A DNA stretch of 64,000 nucleotides, from positions 62,250,001-62,314,000 of the forward strand of contig OZ076409.1 of the NCBI GenBank assembly GCA_964187785.1, in the 5' to 3' direction. This DNA comes from Amphiscolops sp. MND2022 (taxonomy: Eukaryota). This document shows positions 49,007 to 61,145 of the stretch, piece by piece. The notes under the pieces are model-generated. The model saw nothing but the letters and a program-made list of their open reading frames with translations, did not search any database and had not been told where the DNA came from. Numbering within the stretch: the first letter of the stretch is position 1; each line of letters starts with the position of its first letter. The position numbers and the translations under genes were made by a program.

Positions 49007-52000
49007 ATGGATTCTCCCGGTACCCGAAGGTCCCGCAAGTTGACTGTTACAAAGAGGACGACGACAAACTGGGGGTACAAATCTCCTACTGGAAATTCCC
49101 CTGGTAAGTGTCAATTTGTTTTCTGTTCAGGATTGGGATTTTCGTTTTGTTTTCTGATCAGAATAGACTTTGAATTTTTTAAATAGCTGGCCAGGCTATT
49201 TAATTGATTGATCTACTTTACTTTCGATCAAGATTCAGTTTCATTTTGAAGCAAATTTGCCTCCGGTTTCAGTTTAGGTTACTTCCGTTTTAGCGAAATA
49301 CTCTTTTTACTTCCGGTATTTTCGTCTTTTTGCGGAGTTCACCTGCTCGATTTGTTTTCAATCCATTTACAGTGAATATTGGTTTGTTTTAGTCGAACTT
49401 GGTTCTACAGTCAAATCGCCTGCTAGAACACCCACTAAAGTCTACACTCCTCTTGTTGTTACTTCAACTCCAAACCGCAATTTCCCAGTTGAAGGGGAAA
49501 TTGAAACTCCTGTTACTCCTGAGAATAAGGATGGAATTCACCACGAATTTGCCGAAAGCTTGAATATATCCACTTCTCCTCAAGCTCTCATCATCGCTGA
49601 CGCCACCCTGGAGGGAGAAGAGCACGAAAGCGCTAAAGCGGTTGAAACCGCTCAGAACGAGTGTCCACCTGAGGCAACTAGTCAGGACATTACTCTACCG
49701 GACCTCGGGTCAATGGTAATGGAGAGTTTACCAGGGACGTCTACACAGCACGTCGTGCCGGTTGGAACTGATCCAGGGGGTCCTAAGTTTCCTTCGCCCC
49801 GATTTACTTCTTACCTACAAGGTACTGAAAACTTGTTTTCTCCTGTCGAGTCACCGCAGAAGTTGGAGAATGTACAAATCGAGATCCAGCCTGACGTTGA
49901 AATGTCAAACCCTGAACCGCGATCAGAAATGATTGCTTCTACTAGCACCGGGAACAGGCCCCGGAGTATAGCTATTACACGACAAGAGGCCATAACTCTA
50001 GACCACTTCCTGTGTAAAATTCCCCCAGCTTCTCTACGAGGAACGGGAGAAGAAGATTGTGACATACATCTTGACATTGTCGATGATCTTCCTCAGTCTC
50101 CAATCAAGGACCAACCAGAAGAAGTCCATAGACGTGAACTTGGACTACCAAACACAGAAGCCGTGCAATACTCAAGTTGCGAAGATATGGCGCCTCCCGG
50201 CGGGAAACGACGCAGGCCGAAATACACTTTAAAGACCAGTATGCTACGAAAACATCCTTATCTCAAGTTCTCGGCAACGGGGCCTTTGAACAGGCAGAAA
50301 ACCCCACACAAATGGTGGTGTCGCGTGTGCCGGGTTGAGCTGTCCTTAATGAGTAGAGGGGTACTTGGTCTTTTGTCCCACTACAGGACTGAGGGCCATC
50401 TCATCAAAGAGCACAGAATCCGCCTTGAAGTCCCCGGAATGCCACTTTACGACCGTTTTGGAAATGAACTACATGGAATCATGCTGCAAGAAGCAAAAAG
50501 AGTTGCCAAGGAGACATATCCAATAGCCCCACAGCTAGACACTTGTAAATTGTTGGTCGGACAGGATAAACTTCCAGATTTCGGGTCGACCACAAGTCCC
50601 AGTGAAGATGTCATTACCCAAATTGGCATTCTCGAGCAAGGTCTCCGCTATGGAGGACATATTGACAGCCACATCGGAATCTGGAATGAGATGATTCGAG
50701 CTTCCCCTTCCAGTGGGGAAAACTCCCTTTATTGCTGGAGCAGACAACGAGTCTTTGTAAGTATAACACCTACTCCATTGGTTTGTCTTTCAAATTAGGT
50801 AATAGTGACTCAATAAGGATTTTCGTTTCAGGCTATTCTTGTGTACATGTTCCGGGAGTTGCTAAATTACAGTGTTACTGCCATTTCTACTTCCGATTCT
50901 TATTCGTTTTCACTTCGCAATTCCCCTACTTCCATTGAGTTATTTGTTAATTTTTGGTCAGGCAACGTTTACCATCAGGTATGTCTAGGTTCTGGACCTC
51001 GTGGGTTGCTTATCCCCAAACGTATTCTGTCAGTCATCGCCGCTTTCGTCAGTCTTTTTGAAAGGCCACCATCTTGTGTCGGCTTAATTGGAAGTCCAGA
51101 TAGACTCGAAACCTGCTTAGTTAATTCCTTACCTGGCAAGTTACGCCCCACTCCAGTGAGCGGGGTTGGACCAAACGATTTGGAAAAGAATTTATCTCTT
51201 CAAGGATCATCGAGAGGCACGATTTCCGGTCCATTTTGGACTATCTACTCATAAAGTTACGCCCTGCTCTGGATCGCGAGTGGTTGCAATCTTTGCCCAT
51301 TCTCCACAAGGTAACTATTTCTCAATCAAATGAATTCGCATTGGGGTTTATCTTCTTATTTGGTGTTGGGTTTTTAGTGTGTGATCAATCTCTCATATAC
51401 ACTGCCCGAAGCATCGACCATTATCGAGAATTTGTCGAGCCACTGGGACATGGTGTTGGATCATCTGACTAGGGAGTCGAGACTTCCCGTTTACAGATTC
51501 CACATGAGAGAAGTAAGTAACGTATTTCGCCTTCCCTTCTAACTTGTATCCATTCAGAGAATACAAAAGGTTATTTGTATTTCAGCCCAATACCTTGGAC
51601 GAATGCTTCAAATTGGACACTGCCTACCTCGCAAGGCTGTTTATCATTAGATGCATCATTGACCATTGTTAGTATAATTCCTTATTTTTCTAGGAGTTTT
51701 TCGTGGCAACACTTTCCTTTTATTCCTTGTTCCGCTTTAAATTTCGTTCCATTTCTTCATGTTTCTTTTGCTTTTCTCCCGCTCTCCAAAGTACACATCA
51801 GTCTTCATTTCATAGAAACGTGATTTCATGAATCCTTTTCAACACGCACGTGTGAATTTATCTTGCTTCGTGAGGTGCCGCATCTGCGATTTCACATTTC
51901 CGCATAACGCCGTATACTTAGGCGTCGTTTTCTTCATAGTTAGGATCGTTAAGAACTCAAATATAGGTAATAACTCGACACATGTATAATGACGTATAGT

Positions 52001-53327
52001 TGGAATACAGGGTACGCATAGTGACGTATAATCATTTCTCAAAATACGTATGATGCCGTATACTTAAGACTGTGCATACGTATTATGACGTATGGTTGGT
52101 GTTCAAAATACGTAGAATGACGCATATTAGTTCTTCAGAAGTGTCCATTAACGTATGACAATTTCTTTAGGCAGTACTTCGGCGCATAACTAGCTGTCCG
52201 TGTGAGTACTATTACGTGTTGTTTCACTGTTATGATTATGTTCTAGACAATTCTGCCTTTTCGGAAGTGACAGCTCAATTTGGGTCTGGATTCAGGCTTT
52301 TCAACCAGTTTGCCGTCTTTGTATACTGTCAATTACAAAGTATTCTCCCAGACAGTTTCCTCAGCGACTATTCCAATTGGGATCATTATCTAAAGATTGA
52401 TTTAACTCGCACGGATCTTCCATTCAAAACATCAGACGAGTTTGTTTTGAATGTTGACTATCACCGGCTTGTCCTAGCAAATTTATCGACCAGACTATAT
52501 CTTTTTGTAAATCCTTTTGTGGGATCTTACTATCGCACGAGATTATCAAGTCAGATTTAGTTCGTGGATTGTCTAGTTTCGATTCAGCAGTTGTCTTGGA
52601 AGGTTCAGAAGAACACTACCTCTCTGCTATTGAGTATTTAACAAGTCATTTCCTGGTTAAAGGGTGGATCACTGTTAGTGATAAATCCAATGCAGTCAGC
52701 CAATATCGAGCATTTGTAACCAAATTGAGAGTAACCCGGAATGTCAACACCGAAGACTGGTTCCAATTCTTGTCCAGCCATTATGAGTTGCAAAACCGAA
52801 GTGAATTGTATCGCATTTTTAAATATGCAAGTCTCTGTTTGCCTTCTATTCCTAATTTTCCTGAGCCTTTTGTGGTTCCAATTTCGGACCTCGGGTCCGA
52901 TGCCGATACCTTTCAGTCGTGTGTTAGGAGTCTGCAAGTCTCCTTCAACGCTGTACCAAATGTTGCGAGCCTCTATCGAGACCCCAGATCTATTAGTCGG
53001 GTTTTCCGGTTACTTGGGAGAGGGCCAGATCTGATTTACGATAAGAAGTTCTCTATCTGGAATTTCATGAAAAGCAGTGCACCACGGCGCCAGGCATTGC
53101 AGAGCAAATTGGAGTCTGCTTACCGGTCTGCAGTTATCAAAACTGAAGATTTATGTTTGCCAGGAGATGCTGAGGCTGTGAGTCGGAGTGGGTCTACCAG
53201 TTGTGCGGGTTCCCTTTCTCCTAAGTCGCTCCCTGGGCGAGTTACACTTGCTATGTCCCGATGTGAGGGGGGAAATGTTGGTGTTCAGTGGACAAAGAAT
53301 AAGTCAGGGAAGAGCAAGAAGAACTGA
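49007..53327 (+). CDS. Antisense six-exon gene inside the retrotransposon: BED-type zinc finger / hAT-transposase-like protein, ~1,080 aa (two 1-nt frameshifts in this copy). Exons 49007-49103, 49393-50756, 50832-51310, 51378-51512, 51586-51667, 52247-53327
   Basis: Donors GTAAGT (49104, 50757, 51513), GTAACT (51311) and GTTAGT (51668) pair with pyrimidine-rich AG acceptors; all five joins keep frame. KWWCRVCRVEL...LLSHYRTEGH finger; C-terminal DWFQFLSSHYELQNRSELYRIFKYASLCLP. Confidence 0.8.
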
Positions 53328-53563
53328 TTGAACATCTGTGCATTTACTTCAGAAACTTGAGTTTTTGTTTATGTTTTACCTGGTTGCCACATTTGTTGCT
53401 TATGTACTTTGTTTGTATTACTCATTGTTGTTACATTTTCTTGAAATTGTTGCAGCATCACTTCGTTGATGTATAAATGTGTGAGAAGAGTATAAAATTC
53501 CACACAGAGAAGAGAAAAGAAAAGAAACGAAACAGAAGATAGTTTTCGGTTGTATTTGTGTTT

Positions 53564-56500
53564 TTAGTATCTGTAAGAGTCTGAGTAGTTTTGGTTGGGA
53601 TTAGGACGTAAGTTGTATTTCTCACCACGGGTATTTATGGGTTCTTCTTGCAATGGGGTATTTTGGGTTTTTTCTGGGGTTTTTCGTGGGTCATTTGGTG
53701 GAATATTTGTATCTTTTTGGGATTTTTGTGTATTTTGATCATCTTCACTGATTTGTTGTGGAATTTCATCTACATGAATTTCATGGTTTTGATCTGGGTC
53801 GGTGGTCTGTTCCACTGGGCTCCCCTCACTATTTTTTGAAGATCCTGGGGAGCGAGGGCGGTTATCGTCGGGTAATTGAATTGGGATATTTTCAGTGTCC
53901 TCAGTATTTTGTAAAGAATCTGAAGGACTTTGTCCAATTGCGATAACATCATCAAACGGATTAGATCCGAAGTTTGTGTTCCATGATTGGGCATATAGAT
54001 CATCATTTGCTACAAGCATTTGGTCATCTTTTTGCCAATCGGTTTCGCGGACGAAAATGTCTGCTAAAGGCGCTTGCGGGGTAAATTTCCGCAGACGAAT
54101 CCTGTGTAACAGTTGTGTTTTGTTAGTGCCAAGTCTCCTGACAAGGTAGTTATTGTTAGGGAGCACTTTTTCGACTTTATATGGCCCACACCATCTAAAT
54201 TCTCTGAATGGTATTTTTGTTGCTTGCGTGTCTGCTTTTGGGTTAAGTATAAAGCAATAATCTGTCGTTTCGAGCGGGGCCGCTTTCGCTTTTCGATCAT
54301 AGTAGGCTTTATATTTAAGATAAGATTGCATGATGTTCTTCTTAGTTTGAACTAGAAGGATCTGCATGCGTCTTTGGACTTCATCAGCAATGTCAGTTCG
54401 CGGTTGGTATCTCGGATTTGGGTTATATCCAAGTTTGTAGTCGAGGATATTATGCGGTATCCGACCGTGAAACACGCGTGATGGTTCGCAACCAAGTGAT
54501 GCGTGGTATGTCATTTTATGGTTAAGGACTGCTAACGGGAGAAAATTATGCCAGTTTTGTCTGAATTCTCCCGTTGCGGCTTTGAGGTGTGTTTTGACTG
54601 TTGCATGGGTCCTTTCAAGGAGTCCTATTGTTTGTGCATGTTTCATGGTGGCATGTTTTAGTTCAGTTCCAAGGACTCTTGCAATTTCGTGGGTAACTTG
54701 AGCATTGAACTGTGTGCCGAGGTCTGTGATTATCGTTGTTGGAAGATAAGTATGTTTGCATAAAATATCCATTATCACTCTTGAGACCGCTGTAGCGGTG
54801 ATACGAGTTACAGGATAAGCAAACAAGTATCGGGAGAAAACGTCTATTGCTGTTATTATATGATAGTATCCTCCACTTGGGGGAAGATTGGGTAGGATGT
54901 CCATCTGAAGAATATCTTCAGGTCCTAGATCCCATTCTGGGCAATTGAGGAGCTCTGTTCTGAGGAGGTCATTGTTGATACGTTTGGTTTGGATACATAT
55001 CTCGCAGGTCATAACCCACTTTTTGATGTATTTAGCTAGGCATGGGAAGTAGTATTTTTGTCTTGCTTCTTGTATCATCTTTGTTATACCTAGATGGTTT
55101 GAATTGTGTCCATGTAATGCTTGGAGGAATTCGTCCAGGAGTTGGATCGGTAGTAGTATTTGATAGTGTGATCTGGTTCCAGTGTCGGTATAATATTTCC
55201 GAGTGAGAACCTCATGTTTGATCTCAATTCTAGTAATGTTTTGGAGATAGTGTTGATAACGAGAGTCTGAGGTGAGTTCATTTTCATCGAATGGATTACC
55301 TTCTATTTTTGCTCTCAAGTTGCGGAGTACAATGTCATTATTCTGTTCAAGTCTGATGCGGGCATTATCTTTAAAGTGTCCTGATGAGTAGGAAATCAGA
55401 CCCGATGTTCGTTTGTGAAAATGTTGCAATTCAGTTACATCGTTTTCTGGTTCATTGTGAGTTTCATTTTGTGCTTGGTCGCGCACATTTTGTTTCTCCT
55501 GACAGAGTTGGTTTTCATCTAGCTCGTCATCTGGGAGGATGTAGATCTGTTCTTCCTCTACAGTACCAGTTGACTGTATGTTGACTTCTATGGCTTTTGT
55601 GTGTATGTCGTTTCGAATTGACATTTCCAGTTTTTCGGTAGGATTAACCTCAGTTCTAGAGAAGAAATCAGCTGCGGTATTCATTGAACCGGCAACATGA
55701 GCAATGACAAAGTTGTACTGCAAAACGTAGTCGCATGCATTCCAAAGTGCTGGAGGGATTAGTTTTGCTTGAAAAAATCGGGTGACTGAGCGATTGTCGG
55801 TGAACACTATAACGGGAAAGGTGCTGCCCCACATCAAGTGTCCAAACTCGACAAAGGCAAAGTTTATGGAGAGGAATTCTTCTGCGTAAATTGACATTTT
55901 AGTTTGTGTTGGATTAAAGGTTTTTGAGCCAAAGGCTATAGGTGCATATGTTTTGCGTTTTGACTGGAGCTTTTGGTTAGGATCGTCTTCTATCATGATT
56001 GCGTAACCAGCAGCTGTGAAGCTTGCATCGGACATGACTATGAGTTGTTTGTTCTTCAAAGGTTGTTTGAGTGCTAGTTGGGATGAGTTTTCGAGAAGTT
56101 TGTTGAGATTGGTGAAATTTTCCACCAAATTTGTGGGTACGTAAAATTTGGACGTTTCTTTGAGGAGTTTAAAGGATGGCGTCAGTCGTCCTGACAGGCG
56201 CGGAATGTAGTTTCGGTAATAATTAAGAAAGCCAATATATCTTTGGAGTGCTTTCTTGGATTTGGGGAATCTCAGTTTTGACAAAAAGTTTGTGACTTTG
56301 TCTGCTTGAGGAGTAACGCCATGGGGTGTAATTGTGCGTCCCAAAAAATCAACCCGTTTGACTCCAAAATGGCATTTAGACATAGAGAATTTGAGGCCTG
56401 CGTTGCGGATGCATTCAAAGACAGTTTTGATATTTGCACATAATTGTTTTGAGTCATTGGCCGCTATGCCAATGTCATCTACGTATTGGGCACATTGGTC

Positions 56501-58440
56501 TGCTTTTATTGCTTTGTCGAGGTATTCTCGCATAAAGCTTGAGAATGCGGAGAGGGATCTGCTCAAACCTTGTGCGAGGCGTCGGTATGCAAAAGTTCTG
56601 CTTGCGAAGTTGAATGCGAGCATTTGTATGGATTGGTAGTCTGCCATCTGAAGGCAGTGGTAAGCTTGGGAGCAGTCCAATTTGCAGAAAAGCTTTTTCC
56701 TGCCATGTGCTGGGCTGCGTCCGATAAGGTGCTTACCGGGTGATTGTTATTGACGTAATCTTCAGTGATGAGGTTGTTGATTTTTCGGAGGTCAACTAAA
56801 AGTCGGAGACGTCCGTTGGGTTTGCGTTGTGCAAATATCGGGCTTGCGTATTTAGAAAAAGGTAAAGTTGTGATGATACCATACTTATGTAGAAGTGCAA
56901 GTTCTACGGTGATATCGTCTTTTAAGTTGATTGGAGTCGGCAGACTTTAGCTGTAAGCAGGTCTGTCGTCGTTGGGTGTTAGTTTAACTTTGAATTCACG
57001 ATTTGTGCCGATATCGAAACGATGTCTAGCGAAAATGTCGTGAAATTCGACGAGGATTTCCTCAATTTCTTGTCGTTCATCTGGGTTGAGTGTTGTATCG
57101 GACCAGTCGAAGTTTGAGAGGAATTGTGTTCGTGAAGTTTCATTATCATGTGGGTTTAGTTTTTCGAGTTCTCGTAGTTCGAGAAGCTCGTCATAGATAC
57201 GTTGCTGGATTGGGGTGTATGTAGTTGGATCACCTGGGTCCTCTGGAGTAGGGAACCAGTATGTTTCTTGTTCTTCATTTGGTTGTGGAACTTTGAGTAG
57301 TTCATTGATGTAGACTTCGGTTGTTTCGTCTTGTTGTATCATGAAGGATAACAACGCTGGGTCTACTGGTTGCATGTGTTTGATTTGTTCGGGTGTGAGT
57401 ATTTTGAAATCCGCTAAGTGGGTATCAAGTGTGATGGTATGTTGTAATTCGGAGAAGTTGATAATTTGTATTCCGATAGCATTGTTATTAACAGTGCTGA
57501 GTGATGCGGTTATGAAAATGCTATCGTGGTTTTCGAATTGTGGTGATGGAGTGACTATTCCTGTAGCGTCGTGATCCATCAAATGGGGCATTTTGCTTGC
57601 CACGGCGAGTGTTTCGCCTGGTTGTAAAGTGTAGGTGTTTTCTGCGAATAGTGGTAAAGCTTGGCGTATTGACGTTTGGGTTTCAGGTCTGAGTTGCATT
57701 GAAAGATAAGGGAATGTCAGGATGCCTTGTGTGACATCGAAGATTGCATTGTTTCTGCGAAGGAAGCATAATCCAATGAGTGGGTTTGGGAGGTCTTCCA
57801 TAATTATGAAGTTTTCTTTAAGCATGAAGTCTGCTACTTCGAATTCGAGTAGTACTGTGCCGATTGGTACTTCTAGTTGACCATTTGCCACCTTAATTTG
57901 GAAATTTGGGGGTGGGCCTGTTTCTTTGATTGCTTCATTTGCAAGTAGTTTAATTTTGTTCAGAGATCGCACTTGTCAGGGCGCCTGTGTCTATAAGACC
58001 ATCAAGTGTAAGTTTTTCGAAGTCCATCGGCATGTAGTACATTTGGCGTTTTCTTTTTAGTGTTAAAGATGTAGAAATTGGGAGGTATGACAGGTTTCTT
58101 TCCTGGTCAAACTGTATGTGGTTTGTGAGATCCTCATCTAAAAGGGGTTGTTTTTGTTCATTGCAAGAAGTTTTTGATGAGAAATTTTCTTTTATGGGTG
58201 TGATGTGGTGAGATTCTGGTGTTGGTTCGTTTGTAGGGGGTGCTAGGTAGTTGTCCGGAGCATCTTTCAGATGCTCATAATGTTTGTGGAGGAATGGGGT
58301 TAGGAGATTGTGGTGATTGTGGTGTGGAGTCTGGTTCTATAGTCAGTTGTTTAAGTTGTATGTTTATTGGGTCCACTCGACGCTGCCAGTCGTCTTGTGG
58401 TTTTTGATTGTTGGCGTTTTGTTTGTTGAGGCGTGGCAAT
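53564..58440 (-). pseudogene. pol: Pol (PR, RT, RNaseH, integrase) with ~3 frameshifts and one in-frame stop
   Basis: LIDTGALTSAI (PR); SPIFAQRKPNGRLRLLVDLRKIN and YVDD (RT); SDAS and TDNRS (RH); H..H..CEIC, QMD, TDLGTQF, LLERTH and GPY (IN). Lesions at ~58300, ~57960, 56947 (TAA) and ~56695. Confidence 0.95.
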
Positions 58441-58441
58441 T

Positions 58442-60139
58442 CTAGTTTAAATCTTTTGATAAAGACTGTTGTTGACGTTCAATTTTCGGTCTTATTGGTT
58501 TATTTGCCTGTTTGTAGGCTTCTATAACTTTCTTTTGGGATTCAGTTAGAGTCCACTTGGGCGGACGGTTTTCCATGTTGGCTCCGAAGTAGCAGTTTTC
58601 TTTTTCGTGGCCGGGTGTATTGCAGTTGGTGCATTTTTCTGCATCAGGGTCTTCTTCTAGTTTGCGCCGCTTTGCTAGTTTTGGGCAATCAGTCATTAAG
58701 TGGCTGGTGTCCTTGCAGTACCGGCATTGATAACTTTTAAATGTTTTGTCAGGGACTGTTTTCGGTGTCTGTTTTTTCGTTTTGTCATTTTGCTTTTTAT
58801 TTGTTTTTTCGGTGGTTTGTTCTTTTTTAGTGACAGTCATTTGAGTTTTGACCAAAGGTTCATCCGCCTCTAGTCCGTTTAGCTCCATCTCTCGTTCGAG
58901 ATGTTTGACGATTTGTTCGTATGTTCCATTCTCAAGATATGCTTGATTAATGGACTTTTTGAGGTGTGGGGGCATCTTGGCGTAGAGTAAATTCTCTATC
59001 ATCTGATGTGCATTTTCCCCAAACGCTTTTTCTGCACTTTCTTGAAGTTCTTCTAGAAAGTCAGGGAGTTTCTGGTTTTCGGGTTGAAAAGAGAGTCTGT
59101 GAAATCTATGTTTTGCTAATGCACTAGACTCCGGTTTTTTATATTTTCTGCGGAAGACTTTGAGGATGTCTTCCAATGTGGTACTGGGTGTTCTTTGTAT
59201 GTTTTTGAATGTTCTCAATGCCAAGCCTCTAAGGTGGGCGTGGAAGTGATTAATTTTCATCTCTGCCGTTAGATTTGGTTGCATACGAAGTGTTGTATGA
59301 AACAAGTCTTCGAAGTATTCAAATTGCTCGTTTTTCTCGTTTTTTCCATTGAAGGTAAGTGTGTTCTTCGGGTGGAATAGTGATTGTGGTGAGTTTTTAT
59401 TAGCTAGTTTTTCAATTGCAAGTGCAATTTGGTTTACTGGGTCGAGTGGTTTTGTTGGTAGATTCGTTAAATTTTGGTCTGCATGGGATCCTGATGTGTC
59501 GTTTAGTCGTTGTGAATTTTGTCTATGGAGTGGTCGAGGGGCTCCTGTCACCATGTGATAATCCTCTAAGGACTCTGCGTCTGATTCTTCATCTGAGTGT
59601 ATTGTTACGTCTACATCTGACTCGTATAAAGGTTTAGCAGGATGTTTTAATTCTTTCATTTTTGACGCTTTAAGAGGATAATCTTTAAATTTTTTCTTTA
59701 AGTTTTCTGAATCAGAGTTTTCATTGTTTGATGCGCGTGCTCCTATAGACTTGTTCACCTTGGATCCCGACGGTTGCATGTCTTGTATTTCATTCACTTC
59801 TGACCTGGGATTCGTTACGGTTGATGCACTTTGGTTTGATTTCATTTCTCTGAGAATAGTTTCGAGCTTATTTTCCATTTCTTCGCGCATTTTCTCAATT
59901 CTGTCATTGTTTCTCTGTTCAAATATCTGGGTCCAAGCTTGGATCTCAGTACTAATCTGACTGGGCTCAATAATTTGAACTCCTGAGGTATTTTCACCTA
60001 AACTTTCTTGTACAACAGTGTTAAAATTAGTCAAAGTCTCATTACCTGTATTAGGGGTTTCTACCTGAGTTCTCTCAACATCTCTATCAGGAGATGGTGT
60101 TTCAAGTCTTCTAGATCTTCGATTTCTTCTATTTCCCAT
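58442..60139 (-). CDS. gag: Gag polyprotein (intact; first ATG at 60139, inside the 5' LTR)
   Basis: Capsid-like FNGKNEK..FEYFEDLF...; two CCHC knuckles CRYCKDTSHLMTDC and CTNCNTPGHEKENC. Confidence 0.92.
   Translation of the reverse strand: MGNRRNRRSRRLETPSPDRDVERTQVETPNTGNETLTNFNTVVQESLGENTSGVQIIEPSQISTEIQAWTQIFEQRNNDRIEKMREEMENKLETILREMKSNQSASTVTNPRSEVNEIQDMQPSGSKVNKSIGARASNNENSDSENLKKKFKDYPLKASKMKELKHPAKPLYESDVDVTIHSDEESDAESLEDYHMVTGAPRPLHRQNSQRLNDTSGSHADQNLTNLPTKPLDPVNQIALAIEKLANKNSPQSLFHPKNTLTFNGKNEKNEQFEYFEDLFHTTLRMQPNLTAEMKINHFHAHLRGLALRTFKNIQRTPSTTLEDILKVFRRKYKKPESSALAKHRFHRLSFQPENQKLPDFLEELQESAEKAFGENAHQMIENLLYAKMPPHLKKSINQAYLENGTYEQIVKHLEREMELNGLEADEPLVKTQMTVTKKEQTTEKTNKKQNDKTKKQTPKTVPDKTFKSYQCRYCKDTSHLMTDCPKLAKRRKLEEDPDAEKCTNCNTPGHEKENCYFGANMENRPPKWTLTESQKKVIEAYKQANKPIRPKIERQQQSLSKDLN
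59536..59553 (-). promoter_or_regulatory. Primer binding site (tRNA not identified)
   Basis: TGG immediately after the LTR terminal CA. Confidence 0.75.
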
Positions 60140-61126
60140 TGTTTCTCTCAATTGAAAAGTTGTTATGTTTGCCGGGGAAGAATTTGAATTACGAAGTTGA
60201 ACAGATATTCAGTTGAACAAAGAATTCAACAAAAGTCGAAGAATACTGCATTTACAGCAATTGATCAAAATGAAGTGACTGATTTCAATGAAGGATTATT
60301 TTGTTGTGTTTTTATATCCCAGCACTTTTCCTCAAAAGTTTTTAAAACATGACACTCATAATTTTGTCCATCATCATCAACAAAATTATAAAAAACCTGA
60401 CGTCAAGTGACGTAATTCTATTTATAACCAAAATATATTCGTTGCATGACATCCAATATTCGAATGCTGAAAGGACGTTTAAAACCCTGGGAAACTGTAA
60501 ATTCGCGTATGTTCATCATCAAAAATCCGCTTAATGACGCATAGGATTGTAGGGGTGAAGGTTACAGCACAATGAGATAAGAATGGAATGTTTTCGTGTG
60601 ATGACGTATACTCATTCTGTATTTTACGCATGTTGACGTGTAGTCTACGTATACACAATTCATAGCACTTGTACAATAAGATTGATGTATGTCAGTATAA
60701 TGCCGCATAGACAATAACACTCTACCGCATATTGACGTATACACGTTTAGACTTTTACGTACAATACATCATGTTTAGTGATTGGAATCAGCACATTAGA
60801 GCATAATCAGCAGTTTCTATCCACATGGTGACTCACTGATGATTATTTAAAGGCATTTACATAATAATCATCACATTTCCATACATGACAAATCCTAATT
60901 ACGACAAAGTAACTCATCGATTTTCAAAGTAATTCAAGATGTAGTAATAAAATAATTTACATGACTTGTTTGATGAACAATCAAAAACAGGTAGACAAAC
61001 ATTAAAGAGAGAGAGTTTGTTTAGTTTATGGGGTTTAGGTCGTTTCAGGTTTACTTCTTCGGGTAGTACTCAGAGTTCTCTTTCAGGCTTGCACAACAGG
61101 TCCAGAACAACCTTGAGGCTGTGACA
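59554..61126 (-). repeat. 5' LTR (1573 bp)
   Basis: Followed on the minus strand by PBS TGGTGACAGGAGCCCCTC. Confidence 0.95.
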
Positions 61127-61145
61127 GGCTCACACAATCAAATAT

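Larger units (their letters stand above)
45014..61126 (-). mobile_element. Full-length 16.1-kb Ty3/Gypsy LTR retrotransposon with accessory genes
   Basis: LTRs 45014-46571 and 59554-61126 (TG...CA, highly similar), TSD GGCTC (45009-13, 61127-31), PBS, gag, and PR-RT-RH-IN order. Confidence 0.97.

Noticed and set aside
46528..53327. env gene in the post-pol region
   Set aside because: No signal peptide, furin site plus fusion peptide, or TM anchor in any of the ORFs.
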